This document shows positions 52,235-61,748 of a DNA stretch of 64,000 nt, piece by piece; the first letter of the stretch is position 1; every line of letters starts with the position of its first letter. The position numbers and the translations under genes were made by a program. The notes under the pieces were generated by a model. The model searched no databases. It saw only the letters and a program-made list of their open reading frames with translations, and was not told where the DNA came from. Where the stretch lies: contig CAXXVO010000010.1 in the NCBI GenBank assembly GCA_963422645.2, positions 26,303 to 90,302 on the forward strand. The letters run 5' to 3'. This DNA is from Alphaproteobacteria bacterium. GTDB lineage: Bacteria > Pseudomonadota > Alphaproteobacteria > UBA828.

Positions 52235-52440
52235 ACGATCATGGTCGACGCCGTGCTGGACCACCCCATAGAATGAAAATCGGTGCCCGTCGCGCGGGCG
52301 GACTTCGGGCCACATCGGGGTAGCTTACCGGTCGCAGTCCGCAAGAGGGGCATCGTGAGCTGTGAAACCCGGCGACCATAGAGGAGCACACGGGCGTCGC
52401 GTGGGTAGCGTTGTGCCGAATCCCAGAGAATTTTCACAGC
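52235..52440 (+). mobile_element. Non-autonomous IS110-related mini-element inside the IS66-C 3' end (second copy 5628-8302, split by IS66-B)
   Basis: Both ends are homologous to the ends of the tandem IS110 and are flanked by AA cores. Confidence 0.72.
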
Positions 52441-52652
52441 AAGAACCTGGGCAGTTACGCTTTTTTTATTGACATTCATTTTTACTGACCGTCATTCTTT
52501 CTCTTGCTACCTTCCTGGCACGACCGGGAACGGGGGCTTCCACGGGGCCACCCGGGAACAACCGGGACACCACCCGGAGAACGGCCGGTGAAGAGCGCGA
52601 GCCGGCGACGCTCCAGGATTTGCGTTGCGCGAAACGGGTGGAGGTCGCTGGA

Positions 52653-53339
52653 ATGGCGGCGCAGACGACCCAATTCCCGACCACACCCAAAGGCCGGCGT
52701 ACGCGCAGCCGTCTCCTGGCGAGTGCGCGACGAGTGTTGGCTCGGAACGGCTATGTCTCCCTCAAGATGGTCGACGTTGCCGAAGAGGCGGGGGTATCGC
52801 TCGGCGCTCTCTATCGCTATTTCCGCAATAAGGAGGATCTCTTCAGGGCCTTGGTCGAGGGCATTCACGAGGCATTGTTCGAAGCGAGTCGAGCGCCGAA
52901 CAAGCAACTGGCAACCGACTCCAAGGGGGCCTTACTCGAAGCAAACCGCGGCTATCTCGCGCTCTACAGCGAAAATCGCGACGTGATGCGCGCCCTTATC
53001 GAGGCCTCCACGGTTGACAAGCGCTTCCGCAGCGTTTGGTGGGCGATGCGGAACCGCCATGTCGATCGCTTCGTGGGCGCCCTCAAGGCGAAGTGCGGGA
53101 TAGAGGTGGTAGACGGCGTTCCGGCCCGCCTGGTCGCGGAAGCCATGGCCGCGATGGTCGAGCAATGCGCCTATGTCTGGTTTGCGCAGGAGGAACAACT
53201 GAACGAGAAACCGGTCTCCGTCGACGACGCCGCAAAGATCGTGACCCGGGTATGGCACAACGCCTTTTTCGAGCCTGATGCACGTTCAGACGTCGCAGCC
53301 GAAGCCGGCCGGGCAAAGTCGTCAATCAAGGACCTGTAG
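52653..53339 (+). CDS. TetR/AcrR family regulator, divergent from the catabolic operon
   Basis: VAEEAGVSLGALYRYFRNKEDLF. Confidence 0.93.
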   Translation: MAAQTTQFPTTPKGRRTRSRLLASARRVLARNGYVSLKMVDVAEEAGVSLGALYRYFRNKEDLFRALVEGIHEALFEASRAPNKQLATDSKGALLEANRGYLALYSENRDVMRALIEASTVDKRFRSVWWAMRNRHVDRFVGALKAKCGIEVVDGVPARLVAEAMAAMVEQCAYVWFAQEEQLNEKPVSVDDAAKIVTRVWHNAFFEPDARSDVAAEAGRAKSSIKDL

Positions 53340-53364
53340 AAGGCCGCCATTTGTCCGTGGGCTT

Positions 53365-53613
53365 CGCGCGAGACCCTGGCGGTCCGGGTCCGGCGCAAGC
53401 TCTCCTCCACTGATGTCATCGATGTTCTGACCGACTTGTTCAACCTGCGCGGTATCCCGGCCTGTGTCAGGTTCGACAATGGCCCGGAGTTCGCCGCCGA
53501 GGCCGTCCGGGGATGGATCACCGCAGCCGGCGCCCGGACCGCCTTCATCGAGCCGGGCTCGCTCTGGAAGAACGGATACATCGAGAGCTTGAGCCCGCGG
53601 CTGTGGGGCGAGC
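53365..53613 (+). pseudogene. IS3-family integrase core fragment, followed by an IS3-like end at about 53614-53645
   Basis: VIDVLTDLF...RFDNGPEF...IEPGSLWKNGYIES; next comes TGAGGTGGCCCCGGAAAATCGGACA. Confidence 0.75.
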
Positions 53614-53647
53614 TGAGGTGGCCCCGGAAAATCGGACAGGTCGCTAA

Positions 53648-54293
53648 CCTGACCTATTCATCCTGCGTTGCCTTTGGAGGTCACGATGGCACGGCGTGAG
53701 CTTTCCCCCTGACGCCATAGGCATCCGGTTTCGAGCTTTGTTGTGACAGGCGTTGGGGGTTGAGGGGGAGTTCGGGTTTACGGGGCACGGCGCCCCGGCG
53801 GTCAGGGGCCTGCTGCTGCGAGGCGCCCTGCGAGCAGGCGGAAGAGGGCGGCGTCCGGGCAGGCAGAGGAGAAGTGGATACGGATGCGGGCGGCCTTTTC
53901 GATGACGCGGGCACCGATCTTGAGCAGGCGCAGCCTGAGAGTGGCGAACTCGGCGCGGGCGAGCGGCGCAGCACGGGGAATGGCGTCGCGCAGGGCGAGC
54001 ATGAGCCAGTAGGCGCCGGTGTGCAGGACCAGCCTGAGCTGGTTGGCGAGCGGGCTTTGGCAAGAGGTCCGGTCCGAGGCGAGCTGGCCCTTGTGCAGCT
54101 TGATCAGGTTCTCGGCCTGGCCGCGGGCGCAGTAGAGGACTTCGTAGAGATGGCGGGGCTCGCCGCTGAGCGAGGTGACGATATAGCGGGCGTCGAAGCC
54201 GCGCGTGCTCGCCTCTAGCCTGGCGACGACCCGGCGTTCGCGGCCCCAGGAGCGGGCGGCGTAGGCGAAGGCGGCGAAGCTGCGCATCCTGTC
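53648..54293 (-). mobile_element. IS1380-family 3' fragment (transposase C-terminus at 53802-54293)
   Basis: YAARSW.RERRVVAR, YCARGQAENLIK and ANQLRL; probable end CCTGACCTATTCAT; cut by the IS21 end. Confidence 0.8.
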
Positions 54294-54438
54294 TGTCAAT
54301 CGGCTTTCAATACTGACCCCCGATCGGCGTGCAAAATTGACCCCCCTGAGTGGCACGGCGGAGGTTGTCCCGGTAGCCAATAGGGGGGACCCGCGCGGCT
54401 TCGTGTGGCGCCCTGCGCTACGCGGAGCGAAGCCGCGT
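54294..54438 (-). mobile_element. IS21 terminal fragment
   Basis: Matches 10003-10147. Confidence 0.9.
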
Positions 54439-54537
54439 TGAGCGTGCGCCCAGCATTTGATGGTGCGGTTTTCGGATTATTTGATGTTCGTGATGCGGCG
54501 CTTGGTTGATCTGCGAGAGCGGTGAGTGGCCTGGCTT

Positions 54538-57175
54538 TCATCGAGACCGCAGGAGCATCTCGTTCCAGTCCTTGGCGTGTCGTGGGCGCAACCTTTTCAC
54601 CCTTGGATCGTTGAGCACGAGATGCTCGGCGGCAGTGTCGCCGGCGCTGTCTGCGTCGTAGGCACAGACGATGCGACGTGGCTTCCACTCCTTGATCCAG
54701 GGCGGGACCGAGCTGGCGATGCCGGCGGTTGAGGCGACGACGGCGCCGTTCTCGCGCGTCCCCTCGACGCGCAGGCTTCGTGCAGAGATGGCGTCGACGG
54801 CGCTCTCGGTGAGGATGACGAGGGCGGGCTGGTTTCGGTCGCAGTGGAGCCAGAAGCCGCCACGCGCCTTGCGCGATCCCGGGGCCATGCCCCTGAAGCG
54901 TTTGCCGTGAAACAGATTCTGGCGAGGGACGCGCGGTGACGCTCCAACCCCGAGGTCACGGCGTTGGCTGAGACCGCCAGGGTCGGCGCGGCGGAGACGA
55001 GCGGTGGACTTCCCCGATGTGGTCCGAAGCGGTCCCGCGTAGCCGGCTGACGAGATGCGGGCCGCTCAGGCGGCCTTGAGTTCCGCGCCTACGGGCTCGA
55101 TGTAGCCGTAGCGGCGGAGCATGCGGATCCACCGAGGAGCGTTGCGCTTGACCATCAGAGCGTCGTAGTCGGCCGTGCGGTCGTAGTAGGGCCTGCCGGT
55201 CTTGAGCACCACATAGATGATGCGCAGCATCTTGTGAGCGCCGGCGACGATGGCGCGCTTGTAGCCGCGCCGGGCGGCGAGGGCGCGGTGATGAGCCTCG
55301 AACTGGCACCCCTTGGTTCGGGCCGCGCCGTGGGCACACTCGACGAGGCAGGCGCGCAGGGTCTTGGAGCCCATGCGGGTGCGTGCGTTGCGGCGCTTGC
55401 CCCCGCTCTCGTTGTTGCCGGGGCAGAGCCCGGCCCAGGCGGCGAAGTGCTCCTTGGAGGCGAACACGCCGATGTCGGGGCCGATCTCGATGAGGATGGT
55501 CGAGGCGGCGGTGCGGTCGATGCCGGGGATGGTGGTCAGCAGACGGAGCTGCTCCTCCCACGGTGTCATCTGCCCGTCGATCTTCCTGGTGTAGGACGCG
55601 ATGCGCGCCTCAAGCGCGTCATGCTCCTCCAGCAGGTCGTTGAGCATGAAGCGGTCGTTGTCGCCCAGGCTCAGGGTGAGCGCCTCGCCGAGCCCCTCCA
55701 GCTTGTTCGCAACGTGGCTGGTGAGCGAGGCGAGGATGACCTCGCGCGCCGTCCCCTGCGCCAGGCCGTCGAGGATCTTCCGGCCGTTGACGCCGAAGAC
55801 GTCGGAGAGGATGCCGCCGATGCGCGCACCGGCGCGGTCGATGATCTTCTGCACGCGGTTGCGCACGGCGGAGCGCTGCCTGACCAGGACGCGGCGCTGG
55901 CGGCTCAGTGCGCGCAGCTCCCGGAACGGCTCAGGCGGAACGTGGGAAGGCGTGCAGAGCCCGAACTGGCACACGCAGGCCAGCCACACGCTGTCCGCCA
56001 CGTCGGTCTTGCGCCCCTTCAACTGCTTCACCTGACGCGCATGCACCAGGATCGCCTCGAGCCCGGCCGCCTCCAGGGCCGCGAAGGGCGCCTGCCAGTA
56101 GACCCCGGTCCCTTCCATCACCGCAGCCTCGACGCCGTGACCGGTCAGCCACGCGACCATCTCCTCCAGACCGCTCGGCAGCGTGCCGAAGCAGCGCGTC
56201 TCCACCACCGGCTCACCCTCGCCCTCACAGAGGCGAACCGTCGCGGTGATCTCCATCTTGTGCACGTCCAGACCCGCCGCGCGCGGCCGGACGACGTGCA
56301 AGCCTTCCGTCTTCATCGCCTTCCTCCTCATTTGCGCTCTCGCCACGGCGGCGTACGATCACGCCGTGGCATCGCCACGGTGGAGGCGGGGACAGCGGTC
56401 GGAAGAACACGCATCCGACGAGCGGGTGCGGTGCAATTTGCCGCGCGTCCACGGCCACGGGCCGGGTACAATACGGGGTGCGGAGCCGGCCGCCGGAAGC
56501 AGTTTTGTCATCGGGAACTACGTCACCGATATAACGACGCTCACACGTCCCCACCTCCGCCAATACCCATCCTGACACGGCAAATGGGTGCAAGCGCAAG
56601 GAAAACGTCAGCCGAACCGCTCCTGTTTCATGCCACGGGGTGGCTCAGAACCGCGGGGACCATGACTGTTTTGTTCCGGGCTGCGGCGCGGTGCCGAGGA
56701 TCTCGGCGCCGGTCGTGTGCCCGCTGGCGTTTCGGCAGATGAAGACGGCGTTGATCCTGTCATCGGCGTAGAGGAGGCCTCGGCCGTGGCAGGCTTCGAG
56801 CACGTCGGTGCCGATAGCGCGTTGGCGGATGAGGGCGTCCCGGACCCTGGGCCAGGCGCGGGGACTGGGCCTTGGCAGCCGCAGGCGTCGCGGGGCGGCT
56901 GGGATGGTGGTGATCTCCCTCCGCCCCTCATGGCTTCCGAGGAAGCGGAGGGCTTCCGGGAAGCGGCATCCCGTCGCATGGATGACGAGGTCGATGGCGC
57001 CACCCCCTCCCGTGCCGCGCAGGTGATCGAAGAACTTCTCGCCGTTGATGCTGATGACCGAGCCCCCGCGCTTGAAGCGCGCCCGGTCGGTCGGGTCTCT
57101 GCGGTAGCCGAGGGCGGCGGCGACCCGGTCGAGGGGGATGTTGCGGCAGGTGGCCAGGGGATCGCCGCCGCTCAT
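54538..57175 (-). pseudogene. DUF3991 + Toprim primase-like protein split by IS110 (57175-56670 and 54901-54538)
   Basis: GGGAIDLV, LYADDRINAVF, TESAVDAIS, AYDADSAG and KDWNE. Removing the IS restores the frame ...PGTKRFRGMAPGS. Confidence 0.8.
54904..56669 (-). mobile_element. Sixth copy of the 1766-bp IS110 element (recombinase CDS 55066-56316)
   Basis: Same ends and identical translation as the tandem copies. Confidence 0.95.
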
Positions 57176-57277
57176 TGCCGGGTCCCGGCGAAGGTCTGCT
57201 TGGAAGGGAGGCTGACGGCGTTCCCGTTCCTGTACCCTTCAACGCTTAAGAGTTCCGGGAACGGGAACGGGAACGCC

Positions 57278-58276
57278 TCATCCCGCACTTCCGTTGATGG
57301 CGGCAGGGGATTGCGGCTCCCGGTGCGCCTCGGCGGCTGCGAGGCGATAGCCACCCCTGGGCGCCCGTTCGATGCGCCCCTCCCTGGTGAGGCTCTCGAT
57401 GGCGGCAACGACGGTGGCGTTGCGGGCAGCGGCGCGTGAGCGGATCTGGGCTTTCGAGAGCGGCTTTTCGGCCTGCTCGATCGCCTTGAAGACGCGCTGC
57501 TCGACGGTGGCGGGCTCGTGCCTGTCTTCATCTGCCGCGTCCTGGTGCAGACGGAAGGCCGGCCCATGTCCGCCGTCGACGAGTTCCAGCTCGATGTCGT
57601 TGAGGCCCCGGGCGTCGCGCTGCTCGACCGTCATGACGATCTTCTTGTCGCGCCGGCGCAGGTACAGATTTGAGTCACCCCAAGCGTGCAGCTCGCTGCT
57701 CCCGCGCAGGGCCTGCCCCGGCCGGGTGCCGCCGCTCTTGCGGGCGTGGTGGACGAGGAGGACGGCGGTTTCGAAGCGGCGCTGCAGTTCGCGCAGGAAG
57801 CCGAGGATGGGGGCGATCTCTGCGACGGCGTTCTCGTCGACGCTGTGCAGGCGGACCAGGGGATCGAGGATCAGGAGGCGCGGTTCGATGCGCTCCACGG
57901 TCTCCTGCAGGCGCTGACGGTCGATGCGCTGGTCGAGACGCAGGGTGGGCACGTCGATGACGGCGATGTCGAGTTCGTCGAAGGGGGTGGCGGCGGCGCG
58001 GGCGATCCCCTGCAGACGCTTGCGCACCCTGTGGCCGGCGTCCTCGGCGGCGAAGAGCAGCACGGTGCCGCTTGCGCTGGGGCGGTAGTGGCGCAGGCAT
58101 GGGACGCCGGTGGCCACGGCGACGGCGAGATCGAGCGCGAGCAGGGATTTGCCGCACTTGGGCTCGCCGCCGACGATGCCCACGGCCTGCTCGGCCCACA
58201 GCGTGTCCACCATCCACTGTTGCGCCCGGGGGCGATCCTCGAGCTGCATCGGCGCCCGTGTCGGGAAGCCCTTCAC
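57278..58276 (-). CDS. RecA/DnaB-fold AAA ATPase (AAA_25, RSF1010 RepA-like helicase); may extend to 57172 via a frameshift
   Basis: GEPKCGKS, FAAED, LLILDPL, LLVHHARK and LRGSS; GTG start overlaps the ExeA stop. Confidence 0.82.
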   Translation of the reverse strand: MKGFPTRAPMQLEDRPRAQQWMVDTLWAEQAVGIVGGEPKCGKSLLALDLAVAVATGVPCLRHYRPSASGTVLLFAAEDAGHRVRKRLQGIARAAATPFDELDIAVIDVPTLRLDQRIDRQRLQETVERIEPRLLILDPLVRLHSVDENAVAEIAPILGFLRELQRRFETAVLLVHHARKSGGTRPGQALRGSSELHAWGDSNLYLRRRDKKIVMTVEQRDARGLNDIELELVDGGHGPAFRLHQDAADEDRHEPATVEQRVFKAIEQAEKPLSKAQIRSRAAARNATVVAAIESLTREGRIERAPRGGYRLAAAEAHREPQSPAAINGSAG

Positions 58277-59106
58277 CGCCGTGCCCTCTTCGGCTTGGCG
58301 GGCTCGCCCAGGATCTCCATGAAGAGCTTCTCGTCGAGAACCTCGCGGTTCTTCTCGGCGCCGGCGGCGAGCAGCATGTCGCCCATGACGGTAAGCGCCC
58401 TGGGGTTGCCGCCGGCGTGGGTGACCAGGGTGTCCTTGAGCTCTGCGCTCATGAGGCCCGGATTGCCGGCCTGCTCGACCAGATGGTCGAGCAGGGCCGC
58501 GAGGTCGCCGGCGTCTGCCTGGGTCATGACCAGGCGCTGGCGCAGGCGCGAGGCGATGGGCTGCAAGTCGGGCTGGCGGAGCCTGTCGATCAGGCGGCTG
58601 TCGCCGGCGAAGACGACCGAGAGGATGGCGCGCGAGTCGAAGTCGGTGGACGCCAGCAGGCGGATCTCGGAGATCACCGAGGGCAGCAGCTCCTGGGCCT
58701 CGTCGATGAGCACCACGGGCCGCATGCGGGTGTCGTCGACATGGGTGAGCCATCGCTCGCGCAGGTTTTTGAAGCTGGCCCAGCGGTTGTTGTACATCAG
58801 GTCGACGCCGAACATCCCGCCGATCTCGCGGTAGAAGTCGGACAGCCTGGAAGAGGGGTGGGTGATGGCACAGACCCTGAGCCCGTCCGAGCGGCCGAGG
58901 CGGTCGGCGAGCACGCGCAACGCCACGCTCTTTCCGGTGCCGGGCTCGCCGGCGATCAACGCGAAGCCGCCCTGGCGCACAAGATGATGCTCGATTCTGA
59001 GGCAGAAGCTGTCGACGGCGGGGCTCACCATGAGGCTGTCGACCGGAAGGTCGGTGGCGAAGGGGTTCCATTTGAGCCCGTAGAAGGTGAGCAGCTCGCG
59101 GTTCAT
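58273..59106 (-). CDS. ExeA-family AAA+ ATPase (MuB/TnsC-like transposition partner)
   Basis: FYGLKWNPF, GEPGTGKS, VLIDEAQ and GGNPR. Confidence 0.88.
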   Translation of the reverse strand: MNRELLTFYGLKWNPFATDLPVDSLMVSPAVDSFCLRIEHHLVRQGGFALIAGEPGTGKSVALRVLADRLGRSDGLRVCAITHPSSRLSDFYREIGGMFGVDLMYNNRWASFKNLRERWLTHVDDTRMRPVVLIDEAQELLPSVISEIRLLASTDFDSRAILSVVFAGDSRLIDRLRQPDLQPIASRLRQRLVMTQADAGDLAALLDHLVEQAGNPGLMSAELKDTLVTHAGGNPRALTVMGDMLLAAGAEKNREVLDEKLFMEILGEPAKPKRARR

Positions 59107-60578
59107 GACGGATCTCCCTGATCGTCGTCCTCGCCCGGACCGGGCGTCTTGTTATGGGGTACCCAGGCCGGCGGCAGGCCTGTTGCGGCCTGGGCGTCGA
59201 GCACGCCCTTGAGCAGCGGCGGAAGTTCGCCGACGCCCGCGCTGGCGCCGCCATGGTCGCTGCCGGGTCTCGCAGGACGGCGGACGCCATCGGCGTTGCC
59301 GCGCTTGTCGAGGGGGTACAGCGTGCACAGCCGCTCGCCGCTTCGGCCTTCCACCAGATCGACGCCGCTGAGGTCCCAGCGCGCATAGCGGACCCAGAGC
59401 GTCCTCAGGTGGCGCCACGGCTGTGGCACCTGGTAGCGGATGCCCTCGACCGAGACGGTGCCGTCCGAGCGCCTGAGCGTGCGCTTCCTGGCGATGCGGA
59501 AGGCCGCCTTGAGCTCGTCCGAGGCGGGGCAGGGCCTCGATGCCTTGACGCTCCCGGCGAGGCGTTCATGCGGCGTCATGCCGAGCTCGCGGTGCACCCG
59601 CCGATGGTAGTCCTGCTCCAGCCAGGCTATGGTGGCGTCGTTGAGCATCTTCAGGGTGAGCGCGTCGACGCCTTCGAGCTGAGCCATCAGGCGGCCCTCG
59701 ACCGTGCCCCAGAACGACTCGATTTTTCCATTTTGATGGGGGCTGTAAGCGAGTGTCGTGGCCCCCACGATGCCGAGGCGGTGCAAGCCCTCCTCGACCT
59801 CGCCCGCCGTCATCGGCCCGCCGTTGTCGGTCAGCAGGGACCTGGGCAAGTCCCTCTTCATGAAGGCCTGACAGAGCCCGTGGACGAAGACCTCGGCGGT
59901 CTCCTCCAGGTACCACTGCAGGTGGCAGCCAAGCCTGGAGTGGTCGTCGAGGAAGCCGAGCAGGATGGGCGTCTGCCATTCGCCCGACGCCGTCAGCACG
60001 CGGCGCTTGCCGTGGTGGAAGTCCCCGTGCCACAGCGCGTGACTGCGAGACACCTCGTAGCTAAGGACCTCGCGGGCTTCGACCGCCGGCTTGTCCTCAC
60101 CCTCGTGCCACTTCCTGGGGCGCTCGCGCACCAGGCCGCGATTGCGCATCGCCCGCGTCAGCGTCGCGTAGGACGGCATCGGGCCGAGCTCGGGATGGGT
60201 CGCAACATGAGCCTTGAGGGTCTCGTAGTGGAGCTGCGCCGCCCACGAGGGATGGACCCGGTACTGCTCGCGCAGCGCCGCGATCAGCCCCGCCGACATG
60301 GACCGCTCGCGGCCGACGTCGGTCCGAGGCTTCCGGCGCAGCGCCTTGACCGGGTCCTGCTCCTCTGCCCGCGCCCGGTAGTACCAGCGCTCGATCGTCG
60401 AGGCCGCAAAGCGCACCGGCCCCTTGCCCGACGGGTGCTCCCAGTCGCGCTGCGACAGACGCTCGAACTCGGCCCCCAGCTGGCCTGCAGGCGGCAGTGA
60501 AGCCAGAAGCGGCCCCACCACCGCAAAGCGCAGCCGGGCCCACTTCTCGCGCCTGGCGCCTGCGTCGTCCTTGTCCAT
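59103..60578 (-). CDS. DDE integrase/transposase (rve core, Mu/IS481-like)
   Basis: HTH, WHGDF, LDDHSR, TDNG, NGKIESF and a Mu-type C-terminal DGTVSVEGIRYQVP. Confidence 0.9.
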   Translation of the reverse strand: MDKDDAGARREKWARLRFAVVGPLLASLPPAGQLGAEFERLSQRDWEHPSGKGPVRFAASTIERWYYRARAEEQDPVKALRRKPRTDVGRERSMSAGLIAALREQYRVHPSWAAQLHYETLKAHVATHPELGPMPSYATLTRAMRNRGLVRERPRKWHEGEDKPAVEAREVLSYEVSRSHALWHGDFHHGKRRVLTASGEWQTPILLGFLDDHSRLGCHLQWYLEETAEVFVHGLCQAFMKRDLPRSLLTDNGGPMTAGEVEEGLHRLGIVGATTLAYSPHQNGKIESFWGTVEGRLMAQLEGVDALTLKMLNDATIAWLEQDYHRRVHRELGMTPHERLAGSVKASRPCPASDELKAAFRIARKRTLRRSDGTVSVEGIRYQVPQPWRHLRTLWVRYARWDLSGVDLVEGRSGERLCTLYPLDKRGNADGVRRPARPGSDHGGASAGVGELPPLLKGVLDAQAATGLPPAWVPHNKTPGPGEDDDQGDPS

Positions 60579-60627
60579 TCCGGCATCCCTCCCTCGCCGC
60601 ATCGGAGAGATGCCCATGTAGAACGCC

Positions 60628-61245
60628 CTATCCGGGCGTGACAGGAACACTTTCTGCGGGCGGCGCCGAGCCATCGCCGAGCCCGCAATAGCCCGTCCAC
60701 GGCTTGAACCAGATCAGGCTCAGGAACAGACGCTCACCGAAGCGTCCGCCCCGCATCTGCCGCAGCACGAAGAGCAGCGGCACCTCCTCGGGTGGCATCA
60801 CCAGTTCGCCACGCTTCGCTCCCCAGGGCTCCGTCGCCGGGAACGCCTCCAGCCACCACTTCCGCCAGCGGCGCAGTGTGGCGACCGAGACCCCCCACTT
60901 CCGCTTGATCGTCTGCAACCGCACCCCGCCTCTCAGAACCAGTGCACTCAACAGAACGAACAGGGCGCCCAGATAAAAGCGGCGCCCGAAGAATCGTACC
61001 GATGGTGGGGTCGCTCGCAGGCGGCAATCCGCGCAGCAGAAGCTGAACCGCCGCGTGCCCTCTTCCCTCAACTCGGCTGCCAGACCGTACGGCTTGCGCG
61101 GATACGTCGCGCTGTGCAGCTTGCCGGGGCAGTGTCGGCAGCCCGCCTCGCGGCAGCGCGCCGCCTCGGCCTCATCGACCTCGCGCAGCCAGGCCCAGAC
61201 CAGGGCGTTGCAAAGCATGGAGTGGCGGAAAATGTTGTGCGACAT
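60628..61245 (-). CDS. Zn-finger + HTH accessory protein (DUF6431-like)
   Basis: CRHC...CADC, TPPSVRFFGRRFY and VSVATLRRWRKWW; first gene inside the transposon end. Confidence 0.7.
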   Translation of the reverse strand: MSHNIFRHSMLCNALVWAWLREVDEAEAARCREAGCRHCPGKLHSATYPRKPYGLAAELREEGTRRFSFCCADCRLRATPPSVRFFGRRFYLGALFVLLSALVLRGGVRLQTIKRKWGVSVATLRRWRKWWLEAFPATEPWGAKRGELVMPPEEVPLLFVLRQMRGGRFGERLFLSLIWFKPWTGYCGLGDGSAPPAESVPVTPG

Positions 61246-61395
61246 TGGGGCCGTCTCTGGCGATTGTGACCGTCACCACGAGACAAAGCCCCCCGGCGAA
61301 CTTCTTGCAAGTTCGCCGAGGGGCACCCGCCCCAAAACCTCAACAAATCCGAGCGGATCAGGCCCCGATCCCCGCTGAAAGACCGCGCGCGCTCA

Positions 61396-61748
61396 TCGTC
61401 GCCATGGGAAGGCGCACCGCCCGGCGCTTCGAGGGCTTCCTCGATCGCCTCGCGGAGATCATCCGCACCGCAGCCCCAGTCAAACACCTCGACGAGACCG
61501 GCATCCGCATCGCCGCCCGGACCCATTGGCTCCATGTGCTGTGCACCCCGTTGCTCACCATCCTGCGCGTCGCCACCGGGCGCAGCCACATCGACGAGAA
61601 GCTCAACGGCATCGTCATCCATGACGACTACGCCACCTACTTCGCTCTCGAGGGCGTGCGCCACGGGGCCTGCAACGCCCATCACCTGCGCGAGCTCCAA
61701 GCCCTCATCGAGATCGAGAAGGAAGACTGGGCAACGAGCACGCACCGG
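61396..61748 (+). pseudogene. Internal fragment of the IS66-B transposase
   Basis: Reverse complement of about 6356-6708 (IVAMGRRT...WATSTHR). Confidence 0.9.

Larger units (their letters stand above)
50571..52458 (+). mobile_element. Complete IS66-C
   Basis: TIRs GTAACTGCCCAGGT / ACCTGGGCAGTTAC. Confidence 0.93.
54439..61395 (-). mobile_element. Five-gene TG...CA transposon (Zn-finger/HTH protein, DDE integrase, ExeA ATPase, AAA helicase, primase-like), with an IS110 insertion
   Basis: Ends TGAGCGTGCGC / GCGCGCGCTCA coincide with the truncation points of the flanking IS21 and IS66-B fragments. Confidence 0.78.

Noticed and set aside
58273-59106. ExeA ATPase as a type II secretion component, or the locus as a Tn7/CAST
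   Set aside because: There are no secretion genes, and no TniQ/TnsD, TnsA or Cas genes. The ATPase is coupled to a DDE integrase.
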